Assembly: GCA_002811645.1 (NCBI GenBank)
Contig: PDIP01000135.1
Span: 1 to 56,047, forward strand
Source: Corallochytrium limacisporum Hawaii
Lineage: Eukaryota > Protista > Pluriformea
DNA length: 56,047 nt
Direction: 5' to 3'
In this document: in pieces, positions 1-10,863 of the stretch
How positions within the stretch are numbered: the stretch's first letter is position 1
Layout: each line of letters starts with the position of its first letter
Made by a program: the position numbers and the translations under genes
Notes under the pieces: model-generated
Told to the model about the DNA's origin: nothing
Seen by the model: only the letters and a program-made list of their open reading frames with translations
The model's database searches: none

Positions 1-504
1 CGCCCCCCCCCCTGCCGCTTTCGCTTTCCTTTTTTCCGAGGCCCTGGGGTAGGCCATCTGGGCATGGCCAGGAAAACTTCTCTCGGGGCGCCTCGTTATC
101 GGTCGCTAATCTGTTGTGTATGACATAGCTCCGGTTTACTACTAACTCTTACTCTGCGTGTGTCCTAGTTCATTTTTCATCAAACGTTGGATTTATCCTA
201 CACAAACAGACATATTGCACCAGCGGCTCATGTTAATATGAAGTTGATCATGACCAGAAACTCACCTATCTGAAACGCGCCATGACGTCATCACCTGCAC
301 ACCGATTTAGCGTCAGTGTTAAAGTTTGGCACAAATAGAGGAAATCTCTTACATATAGGAAAAGTTACAACAATGTGAAAGGCGGAGCCTCAAACGAGAC
401 ACAAAACAACAAGAATGGGAGAAGCAGAATAGGGATCCAACTGCAGCCAGCAACGGGCTTTTGTGAAAGAGTTTAATTTGTCCTTCATTCGCAGACCAAC
501 AGCT

Positions 505-1239
505 ATGAGCGACGTTGACCAGGCAGAGTACGACAAGATTCTGGCTGTCCGTAGGGGTGGACTCCGCTTCCGGAGCTTTGCCGGTCGAGGGTCGAATCAA
601 ATAACGGCACATCGCAAGGCACGGAAGCGGAAGGCGACCGCTATGGAATCTCCTTCGTCTGAGTCGTCGATCGATGGCATGGCAGTGACTAGTCCCGGTC
701 CCCGTCGGCCTCCGGGTGACTCCATGGTTATTACCACCACAGCACAAAGTCCCCACAATACTCGCTCTTCGTCGCAAAGCGCCAAAAACAAGCACAAGCA
801 TTCGCGGATATCGTTGGATTCATCGTCTGCAAACAGTTCACCGATGATGAGAGGAACGGGGTCATTCAGCGGTGGTGTGCCCGGTGGCATGGACGTCGTT
901 TCTGAAGATGAGCGCATGACTGGCGAGGATCAGCAGCAGCACCTGAGTATCTCACGGACCATCCGGAGATCGAGCACGGACATGCATGCCCTGGACCGCC
1001 TGCATCCCACGCATGGCTCTGGGCTAGGAGAAAATGTGAACGAAATGCTCCAGCTCCTCGACAGGAACTCCATGACCAAGGCAGAGGCCAAACATATGGT
1101 CCGTCGCACCGAGATTCTGATCGCAGAGCTCAGGCAGGATGCCAAGAGGGGCCATCGGGAAAAGATTCACGCCTTGAATACTAAACTGGAGCGTCTCTCC
1201 GAGTACCATGACATTCCCAGGGTGAGCTGGACGAAGTGA
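505..1239 (+). CDS. Hypothetical protein (basic NLS-like patch, Ser-rich disordered middle, short helical C-terminus)
   Basis: Uninterrupted ORF 463-1239; first ATG at 505 with a purine at -3; RKARKRK basic cluster. No family recognised. Confidence 0.65.
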   Translation: MSDVDQAEYDKILAVRRGGLRFRSFAGRGSNQITAHRKARKRKATAMESPSSESSIDGMAVTSPGPRRPPGDSMVITTTAQSPHNTRSSSQSAKNKHKHSRISLDSSSANSSPMMRGTGSFSGGVPGGMDVVSEDERMTGEDQQQHLSISRTIRRSSTDMHALDRLHPTHGSGLGENVNEMLQLLDRNSMTKAEAKHMVRRTEILIAELRQDAKRGHREKIHALNTKLERLSEYHDIPRVSWTK

Positions 1240-2015
1240 AGCGTATGAACATCCTAAACATTGACAGAACAGAGTGTGGTGGGGTGTATGATTTTGTAGA
1301 CGTTAATACAGACAATTTCAAGACATCGTTTCCGTTTCAACGCATTGTTTACAGAGTTGGTTGTGAGCGAGTGCTGTGGAGGCGCCTAGAAGACCATCGG
1401 CACTCAGCAGGACCTTGACGTGGAGTTTTGCGTCTCCTCGCCCGTCCCGAATGTCATATTCACAAATACTAAGTCTTGAGCTCGACAATCTGGAGACAGC
1501 GCACTCACAGGCACAGTGCTAACCTCATCATCTCACCTCAACTCATCCACTTGACGAGGAGTATGGCAGCCCAGGGACGATCCGCGACCCTACCGGCTCA
1601 GTGCGATCACGATTGGTGAAAAAGAACGAAAAAAAGGCTGCCCCGGTCTCCGTGTAACCCACGTACCGGTCCCGGTTGCGGTACGGTTGCGGTTCTTTTC
1701 GTGGTGGACTTAAAATAGGCCCCCAACTTAAATCGCTTAGGGTGTTAGGGGTTTCAGTTTAATTTAAAGCGCGGTAAGGCGGGCAGTCCCCCCCCTCCCC
1801 TCTTTTCTAAAGTAGGGGGAAGCCGGCCGTTTTGGCGCCAAAAGCTCCCCTCCTTCAGAGAGTGGACGTTTGCCTGGCCCCAACTGCACAGGGGAGCACA
1901 ACCGAGGGCTGCGCCCGGTCCTGAAAGGTTTTGGACAGCGGTGATTGTCTTGACCCTTCTCCTTTTTGGCGTTGTGACAGACAGAGACTGCTATTAAGGG
2001 GTGGATCATTTAAAG

Positions 2016-2109
2016 GTATTTTATTCTCTGTTTGAAATGCCAAGACCATGAACATTAGACTTATTGGTGGTGACAAACCTTGGTACCGTTGGCGAACATC
2101 CTTTTTCAG
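2016..2109 (+). other. Predicted 5'-UTR intron (94 nt) of the Nnf1-like gene
   Basis: AAG|GTATTT donor; CATCCTTTTTCAG| acceptor 32 nt before the ATG; removes two upstream ATGs. Confidence 0.55.
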
Positions 2110-2141
2110 TGTGGAACCCATTGTGTATTGTGGATATAAAG

Positions 2142-2873
2142 ATGCCCGTAGCAGCAGCAAAACCCGCGCCCGGAAGGGCTGAGACCCTCTACAGATTAAC
2201 CACGAAGCTGGCTCTGCATACTGAACTGTGGTTTGCATGGGATCAAGACACTCGGGAGTTGAGCGACAAACACACAGCTGTTCTGGAGCACCTGGTCGAA
2301 AAGGCTCAGTCAGCAACCAAAATCCCAGGACAACTTGCTTCAGTCAAGGGTATGGAACCTTACAGCATGAAGTCACGTTTCGCCGCACTAGCAGGTGGAG
2401 ACGAAGACCTGGCTAAGATCATTGAGAGCGAGTGCAAGCAGTGCATTGCGAGCATCTGCAAGGGACTGGTTGCTGACATTGAGGAGCGTTTGCAGCACCC
2501 AATCGAGGACTACGACCGTGGATTCAAGAGTGAAAGGACAATGAGAGAACTGTTGGACCAGCTTGATGACATGATTGATGATGCCGAGCCAGACTTCAAG
2601 CGCGCCCAGCACAGCGACCCTCGCGGAATTCTGCGTGCCCTGCGTGCCAGCGCCAAGCAAGAGTACTGCGCCGAACTGGAGGAAAAGATTGATTTGCTTC
2701 AGAAAGAGAATGCGAAAGTGGCTCTGGAAGTCGCTGACGCACGGAAGACCATGGAAGACGGTCGGGCAGAGGTCAAGGACAAGACTGGAGACCTGGAAGG
2801 CGCCTACGCGAACGTGCAGGATCCGCTCTGGAGGGAGGTGCCAATGATCATCTTGCAAGGTCTTGGTCAGTAA
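2142..2873 (+). CDS. Probable Mis12-complex kinetochore subunit, PMF1/Nnf1-like
   Basis: First ATG at 2142. C-terminal half LDQLDDMIDDA...DPRGILRAL...LEEKIDLLQKENAKVALEV resembles the Nnf1 pattern followed by a coiled coil. Recognised by eye. Confidence 0.55.
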   Translation: MPVAAAKPAPGRAETLYRLTTKLALHTELWFAWDQDTRELSDKHTAVLEHLVEKAQSATKIPGQLASVKGMEPYSMKSRFAALAGGDEDLAKIIESECKQCIASICKGLVADIEERLQHPIEDYDRGFKSERTMRELLDQLDDMIDDAEPDFKRAQHSDPRGILRALRASAKQEYCAELEEKIDLLQKENAKVALEVADARKTMEDGRAEVKDKTGDLEGAYANVQDPLWREVPMIILQGLGQ

Positions 2874-2981
2874 AGAAAAAGACAACTCAAAAATTACACA
2901 CGAAACGAAATATCCTTCCTGTAAATCCTTGCTGTGAACATGAAATTCGATCTATGATATGTTACAAAAAGCTTGTCCAAC

Positions 2982-4112
2982 TTAGTGATGGTCACGTCTG
3001 TTGCCTGCCCCACTGCCCGATGTTTCTGAGGAGTAGTACTGCTGGTGGTAATAGTAGTTCTTGTAGTACTCTTCCCACTGTCGCCTCTGCTCTGGGTCCA
3101 TGGAATCCCAGTCCATTTGTTGTTGTTGCTGCTGCTGATGGTCACCAGATCTATCCTGAGCGCGTTCCAATGCGGCACGGTCCTGCTCCAGGCAGGCCAC
3201 CAGCGATTCTGTGAGCTTTTTAGCTAGAGCAAGGGCTTCAGGGTCTGTATGCTCGAGCGCAATGTAGATTGATGACTGCGGATCATCGTGCTTCGGTTCC
3301 ACACTGATCCGACAGCCTGTCACCCGTCCAATGTACCGCACGTTCGTACCCTTGCTGCCAATCAACTTGGCCTTAATTTTGAGATCGGGTACGTCGCATT
3401 GACGAAACCGGACCTCGACTCGCTCTTCCCGTATCCGACCATCCCTTGAGGGCAAAGGGAAGCGCTCCATATCATGAACGGGACCCCCTGTGTGTGTGGG
3501 CGTAATCCGGGCCTGGTGATCCTCCGAATAAGAGTGGTCCCTTCCGAGATTACCGAACTGTGGGTGATTGTCCATGGGTCCGTCATTCATGGCCTCGTAG
3601 ATATGGTCTATCGCCTGTTTCACTTCTTCAAGTTTTCGCGACTGCAGATGCACGTGCAATGGTTTCTCGTCCGCACCAAAACGCGATCGGTCCTCGTCAT
3701 TGGCCATGTATCGTCCCTTCACCGTAAGAGCCGTGCCCGTTCGGTTTAGCACATCATCAGAGAAAAACGGTCTCGTGATCTTTCTCCGTTTTGGAGCGTC
3801 ATTGATGTCAATCTCGGCGCTCCAAGGTTTCTGTATGCCTTCTTCGTAGTTTACCTTGACGCCAATATGATATAAATCTACAGGTATGCCAGTATCTGCT
3901 GTTTGGTCTACTTCCTTCTCTTGATTTGCTGCGATCTCTTGCGGTTCTGTCTTTGGTGAAATCGGCCTTTCATGAATAAGGTCTTTGCTCTCCGTCTGCT
4001 CGGCACTTCTCTGCTTTGCTATGTTCTTGGCTCTCATCAAGGCTTCCATGCGTGCTGCTGCCAGCTGCGACGCCATGGACACGGCCGGTTTGCCGTCGTC
4101 CTTGTCTGACAT
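2982..4112 (-). CDS. KH-domain RNA-binding/splicing protein, KHDC4 (BLOM7)-like
   Basis: EIDINDAP, RTGTALTVKGRY, EKPLHVHLQS and KLIGSKGTNVRYIGRVTGCRI (GxxG KH loop); polyQ and Tyr-rich QWEEYY tail. Confidence 0.8.
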   Translation of the reverse strand: MSDKDDGKPAVSMASQLAAARMEALMRAKNIAKQRSAEQTESKDLIHERPISPKTEPQEIAANQEKEVDQTADTGIPVDLYHIGVKVNYEEGIQKPWSAEIDINDAPKRRKITRPFFSDDVLNRTGTALTVKGRYMANDEDRSRFGADEKPLHVHLQSRKLEEVKQAIDHIYEAMNDGPMDNHPQFGNLGRDHSYSEDHQARITPTHTGGPVHDMERFPLPSRDGRIREERVEVRFRQCDVPDLKIKAKLIGSKGTNVRYIGRVTGCRISVEPKHDDPQSSIYIALEHTDPEALALAKKLTESLVACLEQDRAALERAQDRSGDHQQQQQQQMDWDSMDPEQRRQWEEYYKNYYYHQQYYSSETSGSGAGNRRDHH

Positions 4113-4775
4113 TGTGCAGTTGTAACTTTGCTACATTTGTGTAATCGCACGTATGCGTCCTTCTACCCAGTAGTTACGTGTACGATCAAACCCTAATCAT
4201 CACTTTCCTGCATAGCTATGACGGCCTCAACCAACATGAAGTCAGTGAAATTTTTGCAATCTCCTTCGAATAGCAGCGTGCTATCCTCGGGCCTCAACCG
4301 CGCAGCAAGCAGCAAGCAAGTCTCGGACCGCAGCTCCCCCACAAGTAGGCCCCGGGCAGCGGGAAACAGCGGAGCCATTTTCAGACAAGACCCGTATGTC
4401 CGCTCCACGTTGCCCCCACTTTCCCCTTCCACGCGAGACCCACCCACGGAACCGAAATTGACGACTGCGGGTCTCTCTCGTGCTTTCGCGTGGTCAACTT
4501 GTGGAATTATGCAAGGCCATCCTTCCCTTCGAGCTTCTTTTTGTGGCTTTGTAAACAATTAGCTATTAAGAGGGTGCATTCAATCTTCAGATAAGCAAGT
4601 TTGCCAAAAACGAAAGAGCGATTCACCAGCACACAGAGACGGGTGACTATCGGAAAAGTTACAACACTGTGTTCCATGCGCATAATGTTAAAGAGGCTAT
4701 TTTAATGAATTGATAGAAACGAAGGGAATTTTCAGTCTGAGAAATAGCAGCCATTCATTTGTCATCTTTTAAGCC

Positions 4776-5240
4776 ATGGTATCCTTCTATTGTGACGCTT
4801 GTCAGGACACCGTCAAACTTCCAAAGGTCGACAATCACGTGAAGCGATGTCGTGATTGTTGGGTTCTGACATGCATCGACTGCTCCACAGCTTTCGAAGG
4901 AGAAGCATTCCGTGAACACAAGACCTGCATCTCTGAGGCCGAAAAATACCAGAAATCTCTGTACAAGGGACCAAAGGGTGCCGATGCTAAGAACAAAGGT
5001 GAGAAGAAACAGGAGCAGTGGATCGCACTACTGTCCGCGGTGGCCGCTAAGGAACAGGATCCAAAGCTCAGAAGCATGCTGAACCAGATCTGCGATCAGC
5101 CTAATGTGCCTCGTAAGGAGAAGAAGTTCAACAACTGGGCATCAAATAGTATGCGGGTAAGGGATCCCAAGATATTGGCCAAGCTTTGGCAGCGGTTTGC
5201 CGAGGCTCTGGAGGGTGCGAAAAAAGGACCTTCCAACGGA

Positions 5241-5271
<31 letters not shown>

Positions 5272-5579
5272 CTGACCCCGAGCAACCGAGGGAAGGAGAA
5301 AAATCAAAGAAGGAGGCAAATCAGTCCGACAAAAAGAGCAGCAAGATTTCATCAAGCTCATCAATCGAATTGATCGCTGCGGTGGCAGTCAAGATCTTGA
5401 AGAAGAAAGGGGAGGCCATAAGGCCTAGCAAACTGGCGCCGAAGGTAGTCAAGAGGATCAAGAAGTCAGGCTCGGAAAAGGTTCCCAAGGAGAGTGATGT
5501 TGAAGAGGCCCTGCTGGTCATGGCCCAAAACGGCTCTGAGGGACTGGCTCTGAAGGGCAAACGCATTACTGTGGCATGA
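4776..5579 (+). CDS. LYAR: Cell growth-regulating nucleolar protein LYAR
   Basis: N-terminal MVSFYCDACQDTVKLPKVDNHVKRC...CIDC...HKTCISEAEKYQ (zf-LYAR); PNVPRKEKKFNNW; Lys-rich C-terminus; GCCATGG start context. Confidence 0.92.
5241..5264 (+). repeat. (CAG)8 coding microsatellite (polyQ in LYAR)
   Basis: Eight tandem cag units read directly. Confidence 0.9.
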
Positions 5580-5597
5580 GACTGCCATGTAGAAGAC

Positions 5598-6116
5598 TTA
5601 GCAATTGAAGGACGACATCAGACGCTCACGGACGTCCCAAGGCTCACTGAATCTCCAATGTTCGTGGAACGTCCAAGTCTCCTGGAATGCCCAATGTTTG
5701 TAGATCATTCTGATCACGAAGCCGATAAAGAAGAGTTTGACCAAGTACGATAGTGAGAATAACATCGCTTGTAGCGCAATGGATACAGCCAGCAACATCG
5801 GCTGGTTCCGTACAGCAATGTAGCACAGATCTAGTACTGCCTTCAGGGGATCTTCTTCGAAGGGATCGGGAACTGGAACAGTTTGAGTCGAAGCATCTAT
5901 GCAGACTGGACGGGGTGGAACTGCGCTGGGCTGGGATCCAGCATCAGTCGAGGATGTGTGTGATCCATGACTATACCATGCCCAATCGTCATCGCCTAGG
6001 TTTGCCCGGGGTGATGTTGGTCGCGAACCATGAGCTGACTGACTGCCATGAGCTGCTTGGCTGCCCGAAGGAGGCAGGTGACTGTGTGGATTTACACTCT
6101 CTCCGCCACCCATCAT
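5598..6116 (-). CDS. Small hypothetical membrane protein (disordered N-terminus, TQT motif, C-terminal hydrophobic helices)
   Basis: ORF with ATGs at 6116 and 6113; hydrophobic stretch MLLAVSIALQAMLFSLSYLVKLFFIGFVI; ends 18 nt from the LYAR stop, like the other convergent pairs. Confidence 0.55.
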   Translation of the reverse strand: MMGGGESVNPHSHLPPSGSQAAHGSQSAHGSRPTSPRANLGDDDWAWYSHGSHTSSTDAGSQPSAVPPRPVCIDASTQTVPVPDPFEEDPLKAVLDLCYIAVRNQPMLLAVSIALQAMLFSLSYLVKLFFIGFVIRMIYKHWAFQETWTFHEHWRFSEPWDVRERLMSSFNC

Positions 6117-6171
6117 CACCGTCGCCGTGGTTCAGGTATCAGGTGTGGGTTTCCACTAAGTGGTGTGCAAT

Positions 6172-6226
6172 CTACATCAAACTAGCATTTTCATCACTTT
6201 CGCAACATGCAGATCCCTCGAAGTAC
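6172..6226 (-). other. Predicted 5'-UTR intron (55 nt) of the small membrane-protein gene
   Basis: AGG|GTACTT ... TTTGATGTAG|; removes several upstream ATGs and leaves an ATG-free leader. Confidence 0.35.
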
Positions 6227-7355
6227 CCTAGAGAACCCCATATAGATGATCATACAGTACATACATTCACACTCCACATCACACACACCTCTATTCATCG
6301 CCTGTATCATTTCTCAGGTCCTTACGGCATGCTAAGACCAAGGCTCTTGCGTATTGCTCTCGGGGCAGGGGCTACCAAGTGTATTAGATGTGATGAACCG
6401 TACGGAAGATTGCAGGAAAACGTGAGGATCTTCCTCCTCCCCCCTGGCGCAAATGTCCCTACGCCTGCCACATCAGTCTAATCAAACACTCAATCAGAGA
6501 ATATAGAACTCCAACTGATTCAATCCACCGGCGGTATCCATCGCAGTCACTCCCCCCCCCTAGGGGCTTCCCCTGGCTCTATGTATGCATTTTTCTATTG
6601 TACTTCCCTCCGCAGTACTTTGAGTAAGGGAACGGTGGACCGGCTGCTGTGATTCGCTGGTTTTGGCCAATCGTGGAGCGTTCCTGCGCCTCAAAGGCAA
6701 AAGAGGCAGTGAAAACGCTTAAAAAATTTCCCCAGGCTATCGTCTCCTCGTGTTTCGCTGAGACCATTACAGTATCCCTCTCCTGAATAAAGGCCGAAAG
6801 AAATATTGCGCTCTGTCATATATAATATACTAACAATTTCACTCATAAATTTGCTGTACGCCAGCACCTTGGCATTGTTTATTTTCTTGGGGGCCGAGGA
6901 AACATCGGCCCAGGCAAGTCGCCCAGCGTCCAAACGCTTTCTACCTTTTTTCTCGGCGGTGGACGACGGGAGAGGGGGGGGGAGTTCCCCACAGTGGACA
7001 CGCGCAGGGAGCTATCGACAAGGATTGCAGAGTTAGAAACTTGCGAACGGTGTTCCAGGAAGAAAAAACGCCTCCTTCATTTTCCTTTCGATCGGGGTGG
7101 AGACCCCGGTGTGTTTTTGCCTTTTTTTTTTTTCTTTTCATTCCCTGGTGGAAAATAAATCCTTCACTGTCCCGCGCCATCCAACCAAGGCGGAACATAG
7201 CGAGGGGGGACCGGTCACAGACCCGCCTTTTTAACCCGACAACCAGAGAATGGGAGACCCCCCTTCGGTTCGCTTGCGCCGTGTTGCGGTTTTGTTTTCT
7301 TGGTGGCCTTTGGGTTGGCACTTCCTTCAGTGCTGTTCCAACTTGGCACGGACAG

Positions 7356-7420
7356 GTAGTTCAGGACTTGGGTTTGTTTCAACATGCTACCTGTGGTACT
7401 TCCGCAATCTACTTTTGTAG
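7356..7420 (+). other. Predicted 5'-UTR intron (65 nt) of CAP
   Basis: CAG|GTAGTT ... CTACTTTTGTAG| (alternative acceptor at 7437); removes an upstream ATG. Confidence 0.5.
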
Positions 7421-7485
7421 TCTGTCTGTGCATATAGTAAGCACAGGGAGTCCAGTAGAGATTAAAGTGAGAAAACAACACAAAC

Positions 7486-8934
7486 ATGACTGATTTGACT
7501 GCTTTGGTTCAACGACTTGAGGTCGTTGCAGTGCGCATGGAGAAGGCACTTACTACCGGTGGCCCAGGTCCTGCAGGAGGCGCCGGCGATGACGATGATC
7601 TCCCTCGCTGGATGGACGAGTACGACGAATTCCTCAATACCAAGGTCAAGGAATTCATTGCCAAGAGTGAGGCCCTCGGTGGTGATGTGGCTGAACAGGC
7701 TGCCATTGTCAAGGCTGCCTTTGATGCCCAGCGCCAGTTCCTGGTCGTTGCTGCCACCAGCAAGAAGCCTTCAGACGCTGACCTGCCTAAGGTCTTAGAG
7801 CCCACTAGCTCCAAACTTATGGCGGTTCAGCAGTTCCGGGAAGATCACCGTAAGTCCAAGGAGTTCAACCACTTGAGTGCCGTTAGCGAAGGTATTCCTG
7901 CCTTGGGATGGGTTATGGCCCCTGGCAAACCAAGTGCACATGTGATGGACATGAAGGCCAGCGGTGAGTTCTATGCTAACCGCGTGCTCAAGGAATTCAG
8001 GGAGAAGGATGACAAGCACGTCAAGTGGTCCGTCAGCTGGATGCAGCTGCTCGTGGCACTGAGTGAGTACTGCAAGCAGAACTTCCCCGGTGGTCTTGTG
8101 TGGAACAACGCCGGTGGTGATGCCGTGGCCAAGGCTTCGAGTCTTGGAGGTGCAGCCCCAGCTGCTGCTCCGGCTGCTGCAGGCGGTGCTCCCCCACCGC
8201 CTCCTATGCCAACCGAAGACCTGGTAGCCAAGCGTCAGGCGGCTCAGGGTGGTGCCAAGCCAGCTGATGGAGGTATGTCTTCCGTGTTTGGAGAATTGTC
8301 TAAGGGTCTCGACGTGACCAGGGGTTTGAAGAAGGTCACCGCGGACATGCAAACGCACAAGAACCCGAACCTGCGCGCTGGATCCACCGCTCCGGCCAAG
8401 ACAGCCAAGGCCCCTGCTGCATCCGCTGCTGCCCGTGGACCGGCCAAGAAGGGACCGCCTAAGCTCGAGCAGCAGGGTAACAAGTGGATTGTGGAGAATC
8501 AAGACAACAACAAGAACATTGTCATTGAGGGAGTCGATCGGGGACACAGTATTTACATCTACAAATGTGACAATTGTGCCATTCAGGTCAAGGGCAAGTG
8601 CAACAACATTATCCTGGACACCTGCAAGAAGACGGGTATCGTGTTCGAGAACCTGGTAAGCGGCTTTGAGAGTGTGAACAACCAGAGCGTACAGGTCCAG
8701 GTCCTTGGTTCCGTGCCCATCTTCTCCATCGACAAGACTGACGGCATCCATCTGTACCTCTCTAAGGAGGCTTTGACCGCTGAGATCGTCAGTGCCAAGA
8801 GTTCTGAGATGAATGTCAGCATTCCTGGTGCGTCTGCGGACGACGACATGATCGAGACCCCTCTACCGGAGCAATTCCGCACTACCTTCAATGGCAAGCA
8901 GTTCGTTACCACTGCCGTGGAGCATGCTGGATGA
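7486..8934 (+). CDS. CAP1: Adenylyl cyclase-associated protein (CAP/Srv2)
   Basis: N-terminal LVQRLE repeat, NHLSAVSEGIPALGWV helical domain, poly-Pro, WH2-like GLKKVTADMQTHKNP, C-terminal CARP domain (SIDKTDG, SAKSSEMNV, PEQF). Confidence 0.97.
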   Translation: MTDLTALVQRLEVVAVRMEKALTTGGPGPAGGAGDDDDLPRWMDEYDEFLNTKVKEFIAKSEALGGDVAEQAAIVKAAFDAQRQFLVVAATSKKPSDADLPKVLEPTSSKLMAVQQFREDHRKSKEFNHLSAVSEGIPALGWVMAPGKPSAHVMDMKASGEFYANRVLKEFREKDDKHVKWSVSWMQLLVALSEYCKQNFPGGLVWNNAGGDAVAKASSLGGAAPAAAPAAAGGAPPPPPMPTEDLVAKRQAAQGGAKPADGGMSSVFGELSKGLDVTRGLKKVTADMQTHKNPNLRAGSTAPAKTAKAPAASAAARGPAKKGPPKLEQQGNKWIVENQDNNKNIVIEGVDRGHSIYIYKCDNCAIQVKGKCNNIILDTCKKTGIVFENLVSGFESVNNQSVQVQVLGSVPIFSIDKTDGIHLYLSKEALTAEIVSAKSSEMNVSIPGASADDDMIETPLPEQFRTTFNGKQFVTTAVEHAG

Positions 8935-9195
8935 AGCAACCCTGTCTCTCTTTAGGCGCTCACGCGCCATCAATACTCAACAACCCATGCAAGGGATTAT
9001 AAGCAATATTAAACTACACTATGGCACAGCCGATTTGGTTGCAAAGATCTAGTATTGGCCATAGCCCAGGAGCCATCACATAATGACCGCTCCACGGCTA
9101 CCTGTTTAGAACGGGTTTCTCAACTTCTCAGCAAGCACGTACGCGACCCAATCACGAACCGTGCCGCTTACGCTGATCGCTACCCTTCTCTTAGT

Positions 9196-9990
9196 CACAC
9201 TCACTCACTCACACACACTCGCTCGCGCGCACGCTTTCCTTTTTTCCTTTGCCGGACCGGCCCACCCTTGACCGCGGTCCTTGTTCCCTCCTGCCCCGCT
9301 CCTTGCTCGCCGCCCTGCTGGTGATGCATCGACCCGGCGGTGTGTGTGTGTGTGTGCAAAACGGTGCCATCAGCTGATTGTCCCCAGAAAACCCCCCCCC
9401 TTCCTAACCTTCCTTTCCTCCCCTCCCCTCCCTTCGGGAATGTCTCAGTCGGGAGAGGCCCCCCCCCCGGCCTCTCCTTTGTTTTCCTTTTCCCGGACCT
9501 GCTGCTGCCCTGTCTGTATGGCCGCGCTGCGAGATTGTCTCCGTGTGTTTTCTCCGGCCCTTCCAAACCATTCTAAGGATCCCCCCCCCTCCTCTGGGCC
9601 CCAGTGTACCAACCACCCCTCGCGTGTCCCGGGCAGGTCGAGAGCCTCTTGATCCTTGGGTCCCTTGACGCCAATCTTGCAAGGGTGTCTCCGAGGTAGT
9701 ACATTATGTATGAAGGTCGTGGTCTGATGCCCGGCACTGCTATGGGCCCACACACCCCGTCAATCCATACCTCAAGTGTTGGTTACCCACTACCGATGCT
9801 CGAGGCGTGTGTGTGGGGGGGGGGAGAGAGTGAGAGAGGGGATAGAATGAAAACACCGATAATTAACGAAAATGAATTAAACGAATTAAAACAAACTGAA
9901 CAAAAAAATAAAATCATGAGAATTAAACACACGCACACACACACACACACACCCGCGCTCTCCCTCTCTCTCTCTCTCTCTGTGTGCCTA
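9196..9990. repeat. Low-complexity region with (CA)n/(TG)n/(CT)n microsatellites and C/G homopolymers
   Basis: cacacacac, tgtgtgtgtg, ctctctctct and C or G runs read directly. Confidence 0.8.
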
Positions 9991-10863
9991 CCTCCGCCGA
10001 ACCAAACCACACGGCTCAAATTCTCGGGGGTTTCCGGAGTAAAAACCGGGTCTTCCCGGCGCGGTGTTTTTTTTTTGGCTTTGCTTTGGGCCTTTGGAAT
10101 ATAGCGAGAGAGTTTTTCGATTTTTTTTCCTTTCCTCCGTCATAGATTGGGTTCCCGAGGACCACCGGGGATAGCGGCGGGACAACCTCTGCGGTGGGAA
10201 AAATGAGCCACCGGGGGTATACCGACGACCATCCCGGCGGTGTGATGCATTGCAAAAGAAACTGGCCAGACTGAGGCGGGCTCCACCAGCAGGGAGCTCT
10301 GTATGCGAACTCGGTGAGGACACCGATGTGCGAGTCCTGCCTCTTGGCCAAGCTTGAAATCACTGTCCTGCTGGTTTCGCTGCACGTATTGCGCACAGGC
10401 GCCACACACGGGTCAGGGCGCGCGTGTACCCCCTTCCTCTGCCGTGTTTCCTGCTGCGCCACTGTGAGCCCAACACCGGGCGGCAATAGAGTATAGAAAT
10501 CGAAATCGATCGATCACGGGAAGGTGTGCCGGACAAATGGCACCTTCGCTGCGGACCACTGTTGAGTGACAGTGTCAGCGTGAGCCCTTCCCCTGTTGCT
10601 ATAGGGTCAACGCTAAACTGTGGTGTGTAAACCAATTCGACTCACTACTAGCGTTCACTTTCCTTGCTATTTATGGGTCAGTGAAGGCTGACCTCGCCTA
10701 ATATGAATCGTCGGTATAGGCACAGACGGCACGGATAGTAACGTTAAAGAAATACGCATAGATACGTCACACGGGAGACGTCACCAATGAGTACTCGTGA
10801 ACGGTAGGATCTATATTTTGTGTAGTATCAGGACTAAACAATCCAGAATACTCACAAAGCAAC

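Noticed and set aside
4188-4196. Telo-box-like AAACCCTAA and scattered TTAGGG-like words (1737, 17692, 28304)
   Set aside because: Isolated single copies compatible with chance; not a telomeric array.
5753-6481. 242-aa plus-strand ORF
   Set aside because: Non-ATG start, no recognisable composition, and it overlaps a more plausible minus-strand gene.
7795-8751. 318-aa antisense ORF over CAP (likewise 28414-29070 over RPL18, 54093-55154 over G3BP, 10852-11616 over GCLC)
   Set aside because: Shadow ORFs expected from codon bias in highly expressed genes; the translations have no recognisable motifs.
9055-10635. Many short ORFs in the low-complexity region (also 15784-17984 and 29061-31022)
   Set aside because: Translations reflect microsatellites, homopolymers and N runs; the sequence is probably error-rich.
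10820-10829. GTGTAGTATC, matching the U2 snRNA branch-pairing segment
   Set aside because: Flanks do not match U2; better explained as a splice acceptor upstream of GCLC.
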